Assembly (NCBI GenBank): GCA_023262335.1
Contig: JALRBE010000001.1
Coordinates: forward strand, 1-53,137
From: Candidatus Saccharimonadia bacterium
GTDB taxonomy: Bacteria > Patescibacteriota > Saccharimonadia > Saccharimonadales > Saccharimonadaceae
DNA: 53,137 bases
Direction of reading: 5' to 3'
The notes beneath the pieces were generated by a model. That model was not told the origin of the DNA, did no database searches, and saw only the letters and a program-made list of their open reading frames with translations. Positions 35,181 to 43,124 of the stretch are shown one piece after another. Position 1 is the first letter of the stretch, and every line of letters begins with the position of its first letter. Both the position numbers and the translations under genes were made by a program.

Positions 35181-36360
35181 TATCGTCGGGCAAAAAGCCT
35201 TTTTCGTGCTTGAAGTCCGCTTTCCATTCGTAGCCTTCGGTGTACCCAAGGTCTTTCATGAGCTTCGTCGGCGCGTTGCGCAGATGCAGCGGCACTTGCG
35301 AATCCGGGTAGCGCTTCGCAAGGTCTTTTGCGGCGTACATGAGATCGGCAGCTTCGCGCGACTTGGCGCTTTTCGCCAAGGCCGCGGCAGTATGGAAGAG
35401 TACGTAGTTGCTTTCCGGCATGCCGATCCGTTCGACCGCTTGGAACGCTCCAACGGCCAATCCGAGCGCGCCGTTGCCGGCAAGACCGATGTCTTCGCTT
35501 GCGAATATGACCATACGCCGCGCGATGAATTTCGGGTCTTCGCCGGCATCGATCATGCGGGCGAGGTAGTAGAGCGTCGCCTGCACGTCGCTGCCACGCA
35601 TGCTTTTGATGAACGCGCTGATGACGTTATAGTGCATCTCTCCCTTTTTGTCGTAGCCGGGCACTCTCTTTTGGGCGGCAACCTTCACGGTATCCGGCGT
35701 GATTTTCGCTTCGCCCATGTTGAGCGCGAGTTCGAGGTTGCCAAGTGCCACGCGCGCGTCCCCGCCCGACAATTCCGCCAAATAATCGATCGCTTTCGAC
35801 GTGACGATTTTGGTTTTGCCAAGTTCCTTGAGGGCTCGCTTGATGATGCCGACGATCTCGTCCTTGCTGAGCGGTTGCAGTACCAGCACGCGGCTTCGGC
35901 TGAGGAGCGGCGTGATTACTTCGAAGCTTGGGTTTTCGGTCGTGGCGCCGATGAGCGTAATCAGGCCCGATTCCACATGCGGCAAGAACGCGTCCTGCTG
36001 GGCTTTGTTGAAACGGTGGATCTCGTCGACGAACAGGACGGTGCGTAGCTGCAGGTTCCAGTTCTGCCGAGCATGTTCGACGACCTTCTCGACATCCTTC
36101 TTGCCGCTCGTGACGGCCGAAAGCTCAATGAAGTCTGCTTCGACTTCGCGCGCGACGATGCGGGCCAGGGTTGTCTTGCCGCTGCCGGGCGGACCCCATA
36201 ATATCAGGCTGACCGGCTCTTTGTTTTTGACGATCCTCCGCAGGATTTCCTTGTCGCCAAGCAGGTGCGTTTGTCCTATTACGTCGTCAAGCGATTGCGG
36301 ACGCATTCTTTCGGCAAGGGGTACTCGGTGCATACGGTCCATTATAAGGCGTTTCGCCAT
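35170..36360 (-). CDS. rarA: replication-associated recombination protein A (AAA+ ATPase)
   Basis: LAERMRPQSLDDVIGQ, Walker A GPPGSGKTT, and the MgsA C-terminal domain. Its start overlaps the upstream TrmB gene by 19 nt. Confidence 0.9.
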   Translation of the reverse strand: MAKRLIMDRMHRVPLAERMRPQSLDDVIGQTHLLGDKEILRRIVKNKEPVSLILWGPPGSGKTTLARIVAREVEADFIELSAVTSGKKDVEKVVEHARQNWNLQLRTVLFVDEIHRFNKAQQDAFLPHVESGLITLIGATTENPSFEVITPLLSRSRVLVLQPLSKDEIVGIIKRALKELGKTKIVTSKAIDYLAELSGGDARVALGNLELALNMGEAKITPDTVKVAAQKRVPGYDKKGEMHYNVISAFIKSMRGSDVQATLYYLARMIDAGEDPKFIARRMVIFASEDIGLAGNGALGLAVGAFQAVERIGMPESNYVLFHTAAALAKSAKSREAADLMYAAKDLAKRYPDSQVPLHLRNAPTKLMKDLGYTEGYEWKADFKHEKGFLPDDITL

Positions 36361-37094
36361 GTCAGCTCAAACATCGCGGCTTGCGAATCCCTGACGTTAC
36401 GGCTCTCGATGATAATGCCGATGATGTCGGTCGTATGATCGATAATGGCGACTTTATTGTCGTACACGTACGTTTCGGCGGTAAAGTGTGTCGAATCGTC
36501 AAGCAGCTTCGTTTGCCTGAAGTTTTTTGCGTCGGATTCCAGTAGCAAGCGGCCGTCAGGGTTGTCGACGGCAAGTACGCGTATGGGAATTTGCTTCCGC
36601 GTGCGCTCGCGAATGAACTGGCCATGCTGTTTTGTCCCGAACAGCATATGCTCGACTTCTTGGTTCGTCCAGAGCAGGATTTCGGATTTCGTGCTCAAGA
36701 TGTCGTTCCATATGCTTATCAGCCCGTTTTTGCCGGTATACGTGGTGACATGGGGGACCGCATCGTGATTGCCGAACAGTCCGTTCAGGTCTGGCTTGCT
36801 GTCTTGCAGTTTGGCGCTCGAGCGAGCGAGCCGCCGCTTCTTCGCTTCGACCATGCGGATGAGCTTGTCTGGGGAGGCGGCAGTGTAATGCTGATTGTAA
36901 TTGCGGTGGTCATGCTCTAACAGTCCTTTGTCGACGAGTTGTTGCGCGATGAGGTAGGCCGTCGAACGTTGCAGCTTTGCCTGCTTGGCGTGTTCAGAAA
37001 GCGGCGCCGCGCCCATGCGAAAGGCCGACACGAAGTAGCTGATTTCCTTCTCAGAGCATCCAAGCAGTAATAACGATTCCTTTATTGTATCCAT
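36342..37094 (-). CDS. TrmB family transcriptional regulator
   Basis: N-terminal wHTH (LGCSEKEISYFVSAFRMG...STAYLIAQQLVDKGLL). The ATG at 37094 is preferred, lying 8 nt after TACAAT (37103-37108). The track start is at 37124. Confidence 0.7.
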   Translation of the reverse strand: MDTIKESLLLLGCSEKEISYFVSAFRMGAAPLSEHAKQAKLQRSTAYLIAQQLVDKGLLEHDHRNYNQHYTAASPDKLIRMVEAKKRRLARSSAKLQDSKPDLNGLFGNHDAVPHVTTYTGKNGLISIWNDILSTKSEILLWTNQEVEHMLFGTKQHGQFIRERTRKQIPIRVLAVDNPDGRLLLESDAKNFRQTKLLDDSTHFTAETYVYDNKVAIIDHTTDIIGIIIESRNVRDSQAAMFELTWRNAL

Positions 37095-37198
37095 ATGTTT
37101 ATATTGTATAACAAAATTGGACATTATTGCAACAGATAAGAATTTATAATTTTACGTAATAATTGTCATAAATAATAGAAAACTTGATAATAAAGTAC

Positions 37199-38341
37199 AT
37201 GCAACTCAACGCAATCAAAAAAATGGAGCGTATCGCGCGGAATGGCACGGGCGTGATTTCGCTCGCTCAGGGCATACCGGCGAACGCCAGTCATGACTAC
37301 ATACGAAAAAAAGCAAGCCAGGCCATGCTCAGCGGCAAAGCGGACGCGTACTCCGACCCACAGGGTATTTACGAGCTACGCCAGGAACTGTCGTCGCATT
37401 TGAAGGGTCAGGGTATGGTCTATTCGCCAAGCGAAATCATCGTCACGAGCGGCGCGATCGAAGCGCTGGGTACGGCGCTGCGCTGCGCGGTCACCAAAGA
37501 GCGTCCCGAAGTCATCGTGCCGACGCCCGTGTATAGCGCGTACTTCAAGCTCATCGAACTCGCGGGCGGGATGGCGGTCGAAGTGCCGCTTGACGAAGCA
37601 GCGGCATGGTCGCTCAACAGCGAGCGTATTACCGAACGCATGACGCCGCGCACGGCTGCCGTTTTGCTATGCAACCCGAACAACCCCACGGGTACCGTTT
37701 ACGATCAAACGCTTTTGGACGTGGTCGCCGGTGCCGCCATGACGAACGGGTGCATGCTGATCATCGACGAAGTCTATCGCAACATGGTGTACGACGGCAA
37801 GGAGTTTTATTCGCCTGCGACGAACCCCGCGTTCAAGGAGGCGGTCGTCCGCGTCATGGGATTTTCAAAGGACTTTTCTTTGACAGGATGGCGTGTCGGC
37901 TACATGCACGCCTCGTCCTCGCGCATACCCGCTTTGCTTGGCATCCACGACACGGTCGTTAACTGCGCGCCGGTAGTGTCGCAGTACGCGGCGCTCGCGG
38001 CTTTGGAAATACACGGCCACGTGATCGCTGAGAACCGCGCGTTCTACGAACGGCAAAGGAACAAGGTCGCTGCGGCATTGAAGAAAGTGAACATGATGAA
38101 CGCGGACGTACGGCCCGCCGGCGCGTACTTCTTCTTCCCGCGTATTACCACGGGCGAAACCTCAAGCGGATTCGCGCTGCGGATCTTGCAAGAAACGGGC
38201 GTCGCCTTGGTGCCCGGCGAGGCGTTCGGAACCGGTGGCGAACGACATGTGCGGCTATGCTTCGGACGCGACGAGCAAACCGTGGACGAAGCGCTTGCCA
38301 GGCTGCAGGCAGCTGGGAGCAGCGGCGATGGCGACGCGTAA
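37199..38341 (+). CDS. pyridoxal-phosphate-dependent aminotransferase, class I/II
   Basis: NPNNPTG and the PLP-lysine motif FSKDFSLTGWRVGY. The ATG at 37199 is 7 nt after GATAAT (37186-37191). Confidence 0.85.
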   Translation: MQLNAIKKMERIARNGTGVISLAQGIPANASHDYIRKKASQAMLSGKADAYSDPQGIYELRQELSSHLKGQGMVYSPSEIIVTSGAIEALGTALRCAVTKERPEVIVPTPVYSAYFKLIELAGGMAVEVPLDEAAAWSLNSERITERMTPRTAAVLLCNPNNPTGTVYDQTLLDVVAGAAMTNGCMLIIDEVYRNMVYDGKEFYSPATNPAFKEAVVRVMGFSKDFSLTGWRVGYMHASSSRIPALLGIHDTVVNCAPVVSQYAALAALEIHGHVIAENRAFYERQRNKVAAALKKVNMMNADVRPAGAYFFFPRITTGETSSGFALRILQETGVALVPGEAFGTGGERHVRLCFGRDEQTVDEALARLQAAGSSGDGDA

Positions 38342-39365
38342 GCGGGTACTGCTGATTTTTGGCGGCGATTCGTCGGAGCATGACGTATCGGTCGCGTCAG
38401 CTCGCAACGTGCGTGCTGCCATCGACGAATCCCAGTACGACGTCAGCCTTTGTTTTATAGACAAAGCTGGCGCCTGGTGGTTGGTGTCACGCATCGGCAA
38501 GGGTGGTCGCCGGGAGCGGGTTACGATCATGCCAGGCAGGCCGGTGCTCGTGACCGAAGCAGGCGTAGAACTGGCGATCGACGTGATTTTCCCGACGCTG
38601 CATGGGCGCGGCGGCGAAGACGGTGCTATTCAGGGCGTCGCTCAAACCATGCGGGTCCCGATAGTCGGCTCGGGGGCAGTAGCCAGCGCAATCGGTTGGG
38701 ATAAGCACGCGACCAAAAAGATCGCGTCGGCTCATGGCATACGCGTGGTTCCGCATGTGACGCATCACGAGCATGACGACGAACCGGATTTCGTCGTGCT
38801 TTCGGGCATGCTCGGCGAATCGTTGTTCGTCAAGCCGACGCAATCGGGAAGCTCGGTCGGGGTTTCGAAGGCGGCAGCGCAGCACGAACTCGCCGCGGCG
38901 CTCGCGGAAGCTCATAAACACCACAAAGTGGCGCTGGTAGAGCAAGAAATCAAGGGCAGGGAGCTTGAGGTCGCGGTTCTTGGCAGGCATCCGCACCACC
39001 AGGTGAGCGGCGTCGGTGAAGTCGTGATCGGCGAAACGTTTTATTCCTACGCCGAAAAGTACGGTTCCGAAAGCATGGCAAAGGTCGTCATACCGGCCGA
39101 TATCAGCGAGGCATGGAAGAGTCGCATTCAGGACACCGCGCGCCGTATCTACGAACTCTTGCAGTGCGAAGGGCTTGCGCGGGTCGATTTTTTTCTGGGT
39201 GACGACGGCACGTTATATTTCAACGAAATCAATACGCTGCCTGGATTCACCGACATCAGCATGTATCCAAAGCTATGGCAACAAGAAGGGATCGGCTACG
39301 AAGCTTTGGTCGGATTGTTGCTAGCCGACGCGCTCGAAAATGCTACAATGGTCAGTGAAACGTAA
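38328..39365 (+). CDS. ddl: D-alanine--D-alanine ligase
   Basis: RVLLIFGGDSSEHDVSVASA N-terminus and ATP-grasp C-terminal EINTLPGFT. It overlaps the aminotransferase stop by 14 nt. Confidence 0.9.
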   Translation: MATRKRVLLIFGGDSSEHDVSVASARNVRAAIDESQYDVSLCFIDKAGAWWLVSRIGKGGRRERVTIMPGRPVLVTEAGVELAIDVIFPTLHGRGGEDGAIQGVAQTMRVPIVGSGAVASAIGWDKHATKKIASAHGIRVVPHVTHHEHDDEPDFVVLSGMLGESLFVKPTQSGSSVGVSKAAAQHELAAALAEAHKHHKVALVEQEIKGRELEVAVLGRHPHHQVSGVGEVVIGETFYSYAEKYGSESMAKVVIPADISEAWKSRIQDTARRIYELLQCEGLARVDFFLGDDGTLYFNEINTLPGFTDISMYPKLWQQEGIGYEALVGLLLADALENATMVSET

Positions 39366-39373
39366 GGAGGATT

Positions 39374-40123
39374 ATGGAAGGTTTTACCGTGCTTGTCGTT
39401 ATTATCGTCGCGCTGTTTATTCTCAGTGGCATAAAAGTCATCAATCAATACGAGCGAGGAGTCATTTTGACGCTCGGTCGGTTCAGTGGCATCCGTAGTC
39501 CGGGCCTTCGTATCGTCATACCCGTGTTCCAGCGGCTTATTCGCGTCGACATGCGCAGCACGCCGATCGACGTGCCTAAGCAAGAGGTCATTACGAAAGA
39601 CAACGTGACGGTCGGCGTCGACGCGGTGGTGTACTTCCGCGTGATAGACGCGCCGAAGGCGGTGCTCGAAACGACGAACTACATTTACGCGACAAGCCAG
39701 TTCGCTCAGGCGGCGCTGCGCGACGTTGCTGGCAATGCCGATCTCGACGAACTGCTGAGCGAACGCGAACGTATCAGCCAGCAAATCAAGGAAATCGTCG
39801 ACGCGCAGACCGATCAATGGGGTATCGACGTCGAGAACGTCAAAGTGCAAAATATCGAGTTGCCACAGGACATGAAACGCGCCATGGCGAAGCAGGCCGA
39901 AGCTGAGCGTGAACGTCGCGCGGTCATTATTACCGCGGAAGGAGAAAAGGCGGCCGCAACGGCCGTCGCAGAAGCTGCGGCGCTGCTCACCAAAACGCCC
40001 GGCGGTATCAACATCCGTACGCTGCAGACGCTCGAAAAGATTTCGGAGCAGCCAAGCCAAAAGACATTGTTCGTACTGCCAGCCGACTTGACGGATACGA
40101 TCGCTAAAATCATTCATAAGTAA
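39374..40123 (+). CDS. SPFH/band-7 (stomatin-like) membrane protein
   Basis: An N-terminal TM helix followed by INQYERGVILTLGRF...VITKDNV...VDAVVYFRV and a C-terminal coiled coil. A GGAGG Shine-Dalgarno lies upstream. Confidence 0.9.
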   Translation: MEGFTVLVVIIVALFILSGIKVINQYERGVILTLGRFSGIRSPGLRIVIPVFQRLIRVDMRSTPIDVPKQEVITKDNVTVGVDAVVYFRVIDAPKAVLETTNYIYATSQFAQAALRDVAGNADLDELLSERERISQQIKEIVDAQTDQWGIDVENVKVQNIELPQDMKRAMAKQAEAERERRAVIITAEGEKAAATAVAEAAALLTKTPGGINIRTLQTLEKISEQPSQKTLFVLPADLTDTIAKIIHK

Positions 40124-40136
40124 TTTGCAAAATTCT

Positions 40137-40169
40137 TTAATAAGCCAGCATGATACGCTGGCTTATTAA
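40137..40169 (+). terminator. 13-bp hairpin terminator
   Basis: TTAATAAGCCAGC, 7-nt loop, GCTGGCTTATTAA, followed by an A/T-rich stretch. Confidence 0.6.
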
Positions 40170-40193
40170 ATAATAAAATTGTATAATAATATT

Positions 40194-40670
40194 ATGTCAA
40201 ATGAGACGTCCAGTGGCGGCGAAACCGATTGGCTAGATGAGTGGGAACAGGAACAAAAACTATCCCCCGAAGACGCGCATGTGATGCTGACGAGAACGTT
40301 CGCCGAACGACTCGACGCTTGGCGCAGGACGCACCCTGATGAGGATTCGTGGATCATACCGTTTCATTATGAGCACGAAGATCTCAAGGACGCGGAGCGG
40401 CTGCAGGTCAAGGGAGGGCTATGGATCCCACCCGAGGAGATCCAGGGAGTCATCAACCGGTTCGGCTCGTATATCCATATGAGCGCCGTCATCGACATGG
40501 AGAGTGCTTTGTACGGCACCGGCATTGATGTCGCACCTCTTTCTCAGTGCAGTCGCTTGGATTTGAGCGGCGAGGTGCCAGTCGCGTTCGTCCCGAGTTA
40601 CCATACGGTCTCATCGGTTCTTCGAGAACAAGTGCAGCATGACTTTGGCGTGATCATCAGGAGTAGCTGA
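40194..40670 (+). CDS. hypothetical acidic protein, 158 aa
   Basis: The ATG at 40194 is 6 nt after TATAAT (40182-40187). No family recognised (MSNETSSGGETDWLDEWEQEQ...). Confidence 0.55.
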   Translation: MSNETSSGGETDWLDEWEQEQKLSPEDAHVMLTRTFAERLDAWRRTHPDEDSWIIPFHYEHEDLKDAERLQVKGGLWIPPEEIQGVINRFGSYIHMSAVIDMESALYGTGIDVAPLSQCSRLDLSGEVPVAFVPSYHTVSSVLREQVQHDFGVIIRSS

Positions 40671-40691
40671 CTTGCGCCGCAGTCGACAAAA

Positions 40692-40711
40692 AACGACCCG
40701 AAAGGGTCGTT
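40692..40711. terminator. hairpin between convergent transcripts
   Basis: AACGACCC, loop GAAA, GGGTCGTT, with an A-tract on one side and a T-rich stretch on the other. Confidence 0.55.
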
Positions 40712-40721
40712 CTTTAAATTC

Positions 40722-40809
40722 TGGTGCGCGGGGCGGGACTTGAACCCGCACGACTTATTCAGTCAAGAGATTTTAAGTCTCTCGTGTCTACCGATTCCAC
40801 CACCCGCGC
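40722..40809 (-). tRNA. tRNA-Leu (anticodon TAA), class II, CCA encoded
   Basis: Hand-folded as GCGCGGG/TG/GTGG/AATCGGTAGA/CACG/AGAGA-CTTAAAA-TCTCT/16-nt variable arm/GCGGG-TTCAAGT-CCCGC/CCCGCGC/ACCA. Total 88 nt. TGaTAGAAT at 40818-40826 lies upstream. Confidence 0.9.
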
Positions 40810-40915
40810 TTAGTTACATTCTATCATGGGCGAAGCACATGCTTCAGGGGGATGGTGCGGTTCTCGCATTCACTGCGAGAACGAATCAAGGGGCGAGCCC
40901 CTTGTCTGATAATTT

Positions 40916-40989
40916 TGGAGGCACGTACGGGAGTCGCACCCGTCTACGCGGTTTTGCAGACCGCTGCGTAACTGCTCCGCCAACGCGCC
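40916..40989 (-). tRNA. tRNA-Cys (anticodon GCA), CCA encoded, unusual T-loop
   Basis: GGCGCGT/TG/GCGG/AGCAGTT/ACGC/A/GCGGT-CTGCAAA-ACCGC/GTAG/ACGGG-TGCGACT-CCCGT/ACGTGCC/T/CCA. Total 74 nt with discriminator U73. It is close to E. coli tRNA-Cys recalled from memory. Confidence 0.85.
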
Positions 40990-41070
40990 ACTCGCCCCAT
41001 TATAACAGGTGACGACGCATAGGAGCGAATGGTATTATAGTAAAAGAACTTAAAAAGGACGGAGGGACGC

Positions 41071-41478
41071 ATGATTCAAATCAATTACCTCGCTATTGCC
41101 GTTGGGGCGGTAATCGCGGTGCTCTTTAGCGCGCTTTATTATTTTTTGCTGAACAAACAGGTGATTGCGCTCCGAGCTACGAAACTAAGCAAAAAAGAAG
41201 ACGTCCGCACCGTCGCGACCCCGAACAAGATCATCATCGAACTGGTCCGCACGTTCGTGCTTGGATTGGTGCTGGCGTATGCCGTGCGACTGCTTGGCGT
41301 CGCGACGTTCGACCAAGTCGTCGTGGTCGCGTTTTGGCTGTGGCTTGGGTTTCCGGTCGTTCTGTTCGTCGGTCAGGTCATTAACGAGCATTTCCCCGGC
41401 AGGCTGGCAGCGATTCACGCGGGAGACTGGTTGGTAAAGCTGCTCATTCTCGTGACCATACTGGCATACTGGCGCTAG
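41071..41478 (+). CDS. DUF1761-like membrane protein
   Basis: 135 aa, four hydrophobic helices and an MIQINYLAIAVGAV N-terminus typical of DUF1761. A GGAGGG Shine-Dalgarno lies upstream. Confidence 0.65.
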   Translation: MIQINYLAIAVGAVIAVLFSALYYFLLNKQVIALRATKLSKKEDVRTVATPNKIIIELVRTFVLGLVLAYAVRLLGVATFDQVVVVAFWLWLGFPVVLFVGQVINEHFPGRLAAIHAGDWLVKLLILVTILAYWR

Positions 41479-42473
41479 GCGTGCGCAAGAGCGGGGACGG
41501 TACGTGATTGCCGTGCTTCGGTAATGACGTTCCGGTACATCTGCGCGCTTAGTTTTGGTTGCTCGATGCCGAATACGTGCCGTGTTTTCGGACTTCGTTT
41601 GACCAAGTGGACCAAGCCTCGGGTCGCTAGGTCTTCCAGGGTTTCACCCATGGCTTTTTCGGGGAAGAACTCGTCATGTTCGTGGTACACGGCAGCGACG
41701 GTCACGTCACGGTCCTTCAACTCTTCTAGGCAACGCGATATGTCGGGGCGTACCAAGATCAAGAAGCCGATCTCGCGCACGATGCGCAGTTTGTCATCGC
41801 CCATGTGTCGCATGATCCTGTCGACCGCATCTTCTGGCCCGTACTTCATTACCGCCTTTACGGCCGGCGGTATTTCTTTGAGTGCTATGCCAGGGAGGCC
41901 GCGCGCGTGGCCTGGCAAGGGATGGCCTTTGACAAGGCCGGCGACCGCTTCCAGGTATACCGTTTCGACGCGTTCGTCATGCACGGCATGCATGATGCCG
42001 CTCAGGCCGCCCATTGACCGGGTCTTGTCGATAACATGAGCATATGCGGGTGCATACTCCTGCGCAGCGTCAACGACGGCTTCGGTGGCTTGGCTTGGCA
42101 AAATAAGCGGGTTGAACGCATGTTGCGCGAGCCGTTTACGAAGCCGAGGATTCATGGCCCAATTTTTGAAACTGACCGCTTCTTGACGGCGGGGCGTGTC
42201 GTGCAGGGCGATCGGCATGCCTTCCATGGCTATATAATGCGCTTCGCTTTCGTTGATCGCTCCGCTCTCGCCAAGTCCGTAATCAAGCACGGTGAGGTCA
42301 GGAGTAATTGGGTTTTCAGGTTCTAGTATCCACGATTTAAATGGTGTGCCGTTCAGCTTCGTTTCAAGCGGCGTAATGGTGTATTCTTGGCCGTTTTGGG
42401 GCACGACCCGAACGACATCAGTGTTGCGTGAATTGTAACGTTTACTACCGAGCTTATCGAGCGTAAATGCCAT
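41475..42473 (-). CDS. hypothetical protein, possible alpha/beta-hydrolase fold
   Basis: A T-R-S-M-G-G nucleophile-elbow-like motif with later His/Asp candidates. The first in-frame ATG (MAFTLDK) is at 42473; the track start at 42512 is a TTG. Confidence 0.5.
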   Translation of the reverse strand: MAFTLDKLGSKRYNSRNTDVVRVVPQNGQEYTITPLETKLNGTPFKSWILEPENPITPDLTVLDYGLGESGAINESEAHYIAMEGMPIALHDTPRRQEAVSFKNWAMNPRLRKRLAQHAFNPLILPSQATEAVVDAAQEYAPAYAHVIDKTRSMGGLSGIMHAVHDERVETVYLEAVAGLVKGHPLPGHARGLPGIALKEIPPAVKAVMKYGPEDAVDRIMRHMGDDKLRIVREIGFLILVRPDISRCLEELKDRDVTVAAVYHEHDEFFPEKAMGETLEDLATRGLVHLVKRSPKTRHVFGIEQPKLSAQMYRNVITEARQSRTVPALAHA

Positions 42474-42539
42474 AGTAAGCTGAATGATACAATAAAAAGC
42501 AGCGACATGCAAGCATAAAACGTTGTGATTATCGCGTGC

Positions 42540-43124
42540 TTACGGTTTTTGCCGCAAAGCCAGCTTGGTGACGATCGTTCGGAGGCGGGTTGACCGCGTG
42601 GCGGGTGATTTGGCGGTCATGAGCTGCCAAAGCGCCGCGTATTTTTCGGCTTTCGTCAGCGATTCGTAAAAGGCCTTCGCGGCATCCGATTTTTCCAACT
42701 CTGCCGCGAAGTCGTCCGGAATGGTCGCGTTCGCCTGCGACTCGTATGCCGCATCCCAACGGCCGTCGGCTTTGGCGCGGTCTATCTCCGCCTGCCCTTG
42801 GGGTTTCATGCGACCTGCCACGATCAGTGTCTCGACCTTGCCGATATTGACTTTCGACCATGAGCTTTTGGCGCGGCGGGGAGTGAACTTCTGCAGGAAC
42901 GCCGTATCGTCGTGCCCGCGTCGCATGCCGTCTATCCATCCGTAGCAGAGCGCTTCGTCGAGCGCTTCAAGGTGAGTGATCGACTGGATTCCGGAATGTT
43001 TCTTGGCGATCTTTATCCATACTCCAAGCTGGTCTCCGTGATTGACGGCGAGCCATGAATTCCACTTTTCGGCGGAGTCGAACGTCAGTACAGGAATGCC
43101 AGCGAACGTTTCTTGCTCAGACAT
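42540..43124 (-). CDS. YdeI/OmpD-associated family protein
   Basis: WNSWLAVNH...GVWIKIAKK...EALCYGWIDG...FTPRR..S.WSK.N is the YdeI family pattern. The start overlaps the UvrA-like stop by 8 nt. Confidence 0.8.
   Translation of the reverse strand: MSEQETFAGIPVLTFDSAEKWNSWLAVNHGDQLGVWIKIAKKHSGIQSITHLEALDEALCYGWIDGMRRGHDDTAFLQKFTPRRAKSSWSKVNIGKVETLIVAGRMKPQGQAEIDRAKADGRWDAAYESQANATIPDDFAAELEKSDAAKAFYESLTKAEKYAALWQLMTAKSPATRSTRLRTIVTKLALRQKP

Noticed and set aside
40740-41012. A 90-aa + strand ORF in the tRNA region.
   Set aside because: It is the reverse complement of tRNA-Leu(TAA) and tRNA-Cys plus their spacer, and it starts with TTG. It is an artefact.
40671-42512. A genomic island or integrative element at the tRNA-Leu/tRNA-Cys pair.
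   Set aside because: I found no integrase, recombinase or transposase. I found no duplicated tRNA 3' fragment (att-like direct repeat), and flanking genes use the same promoter style as the rest of the window. The shared GTAACTAA octamer lies on the 5' side of the tRNAs, not the 3' side used by integrases.
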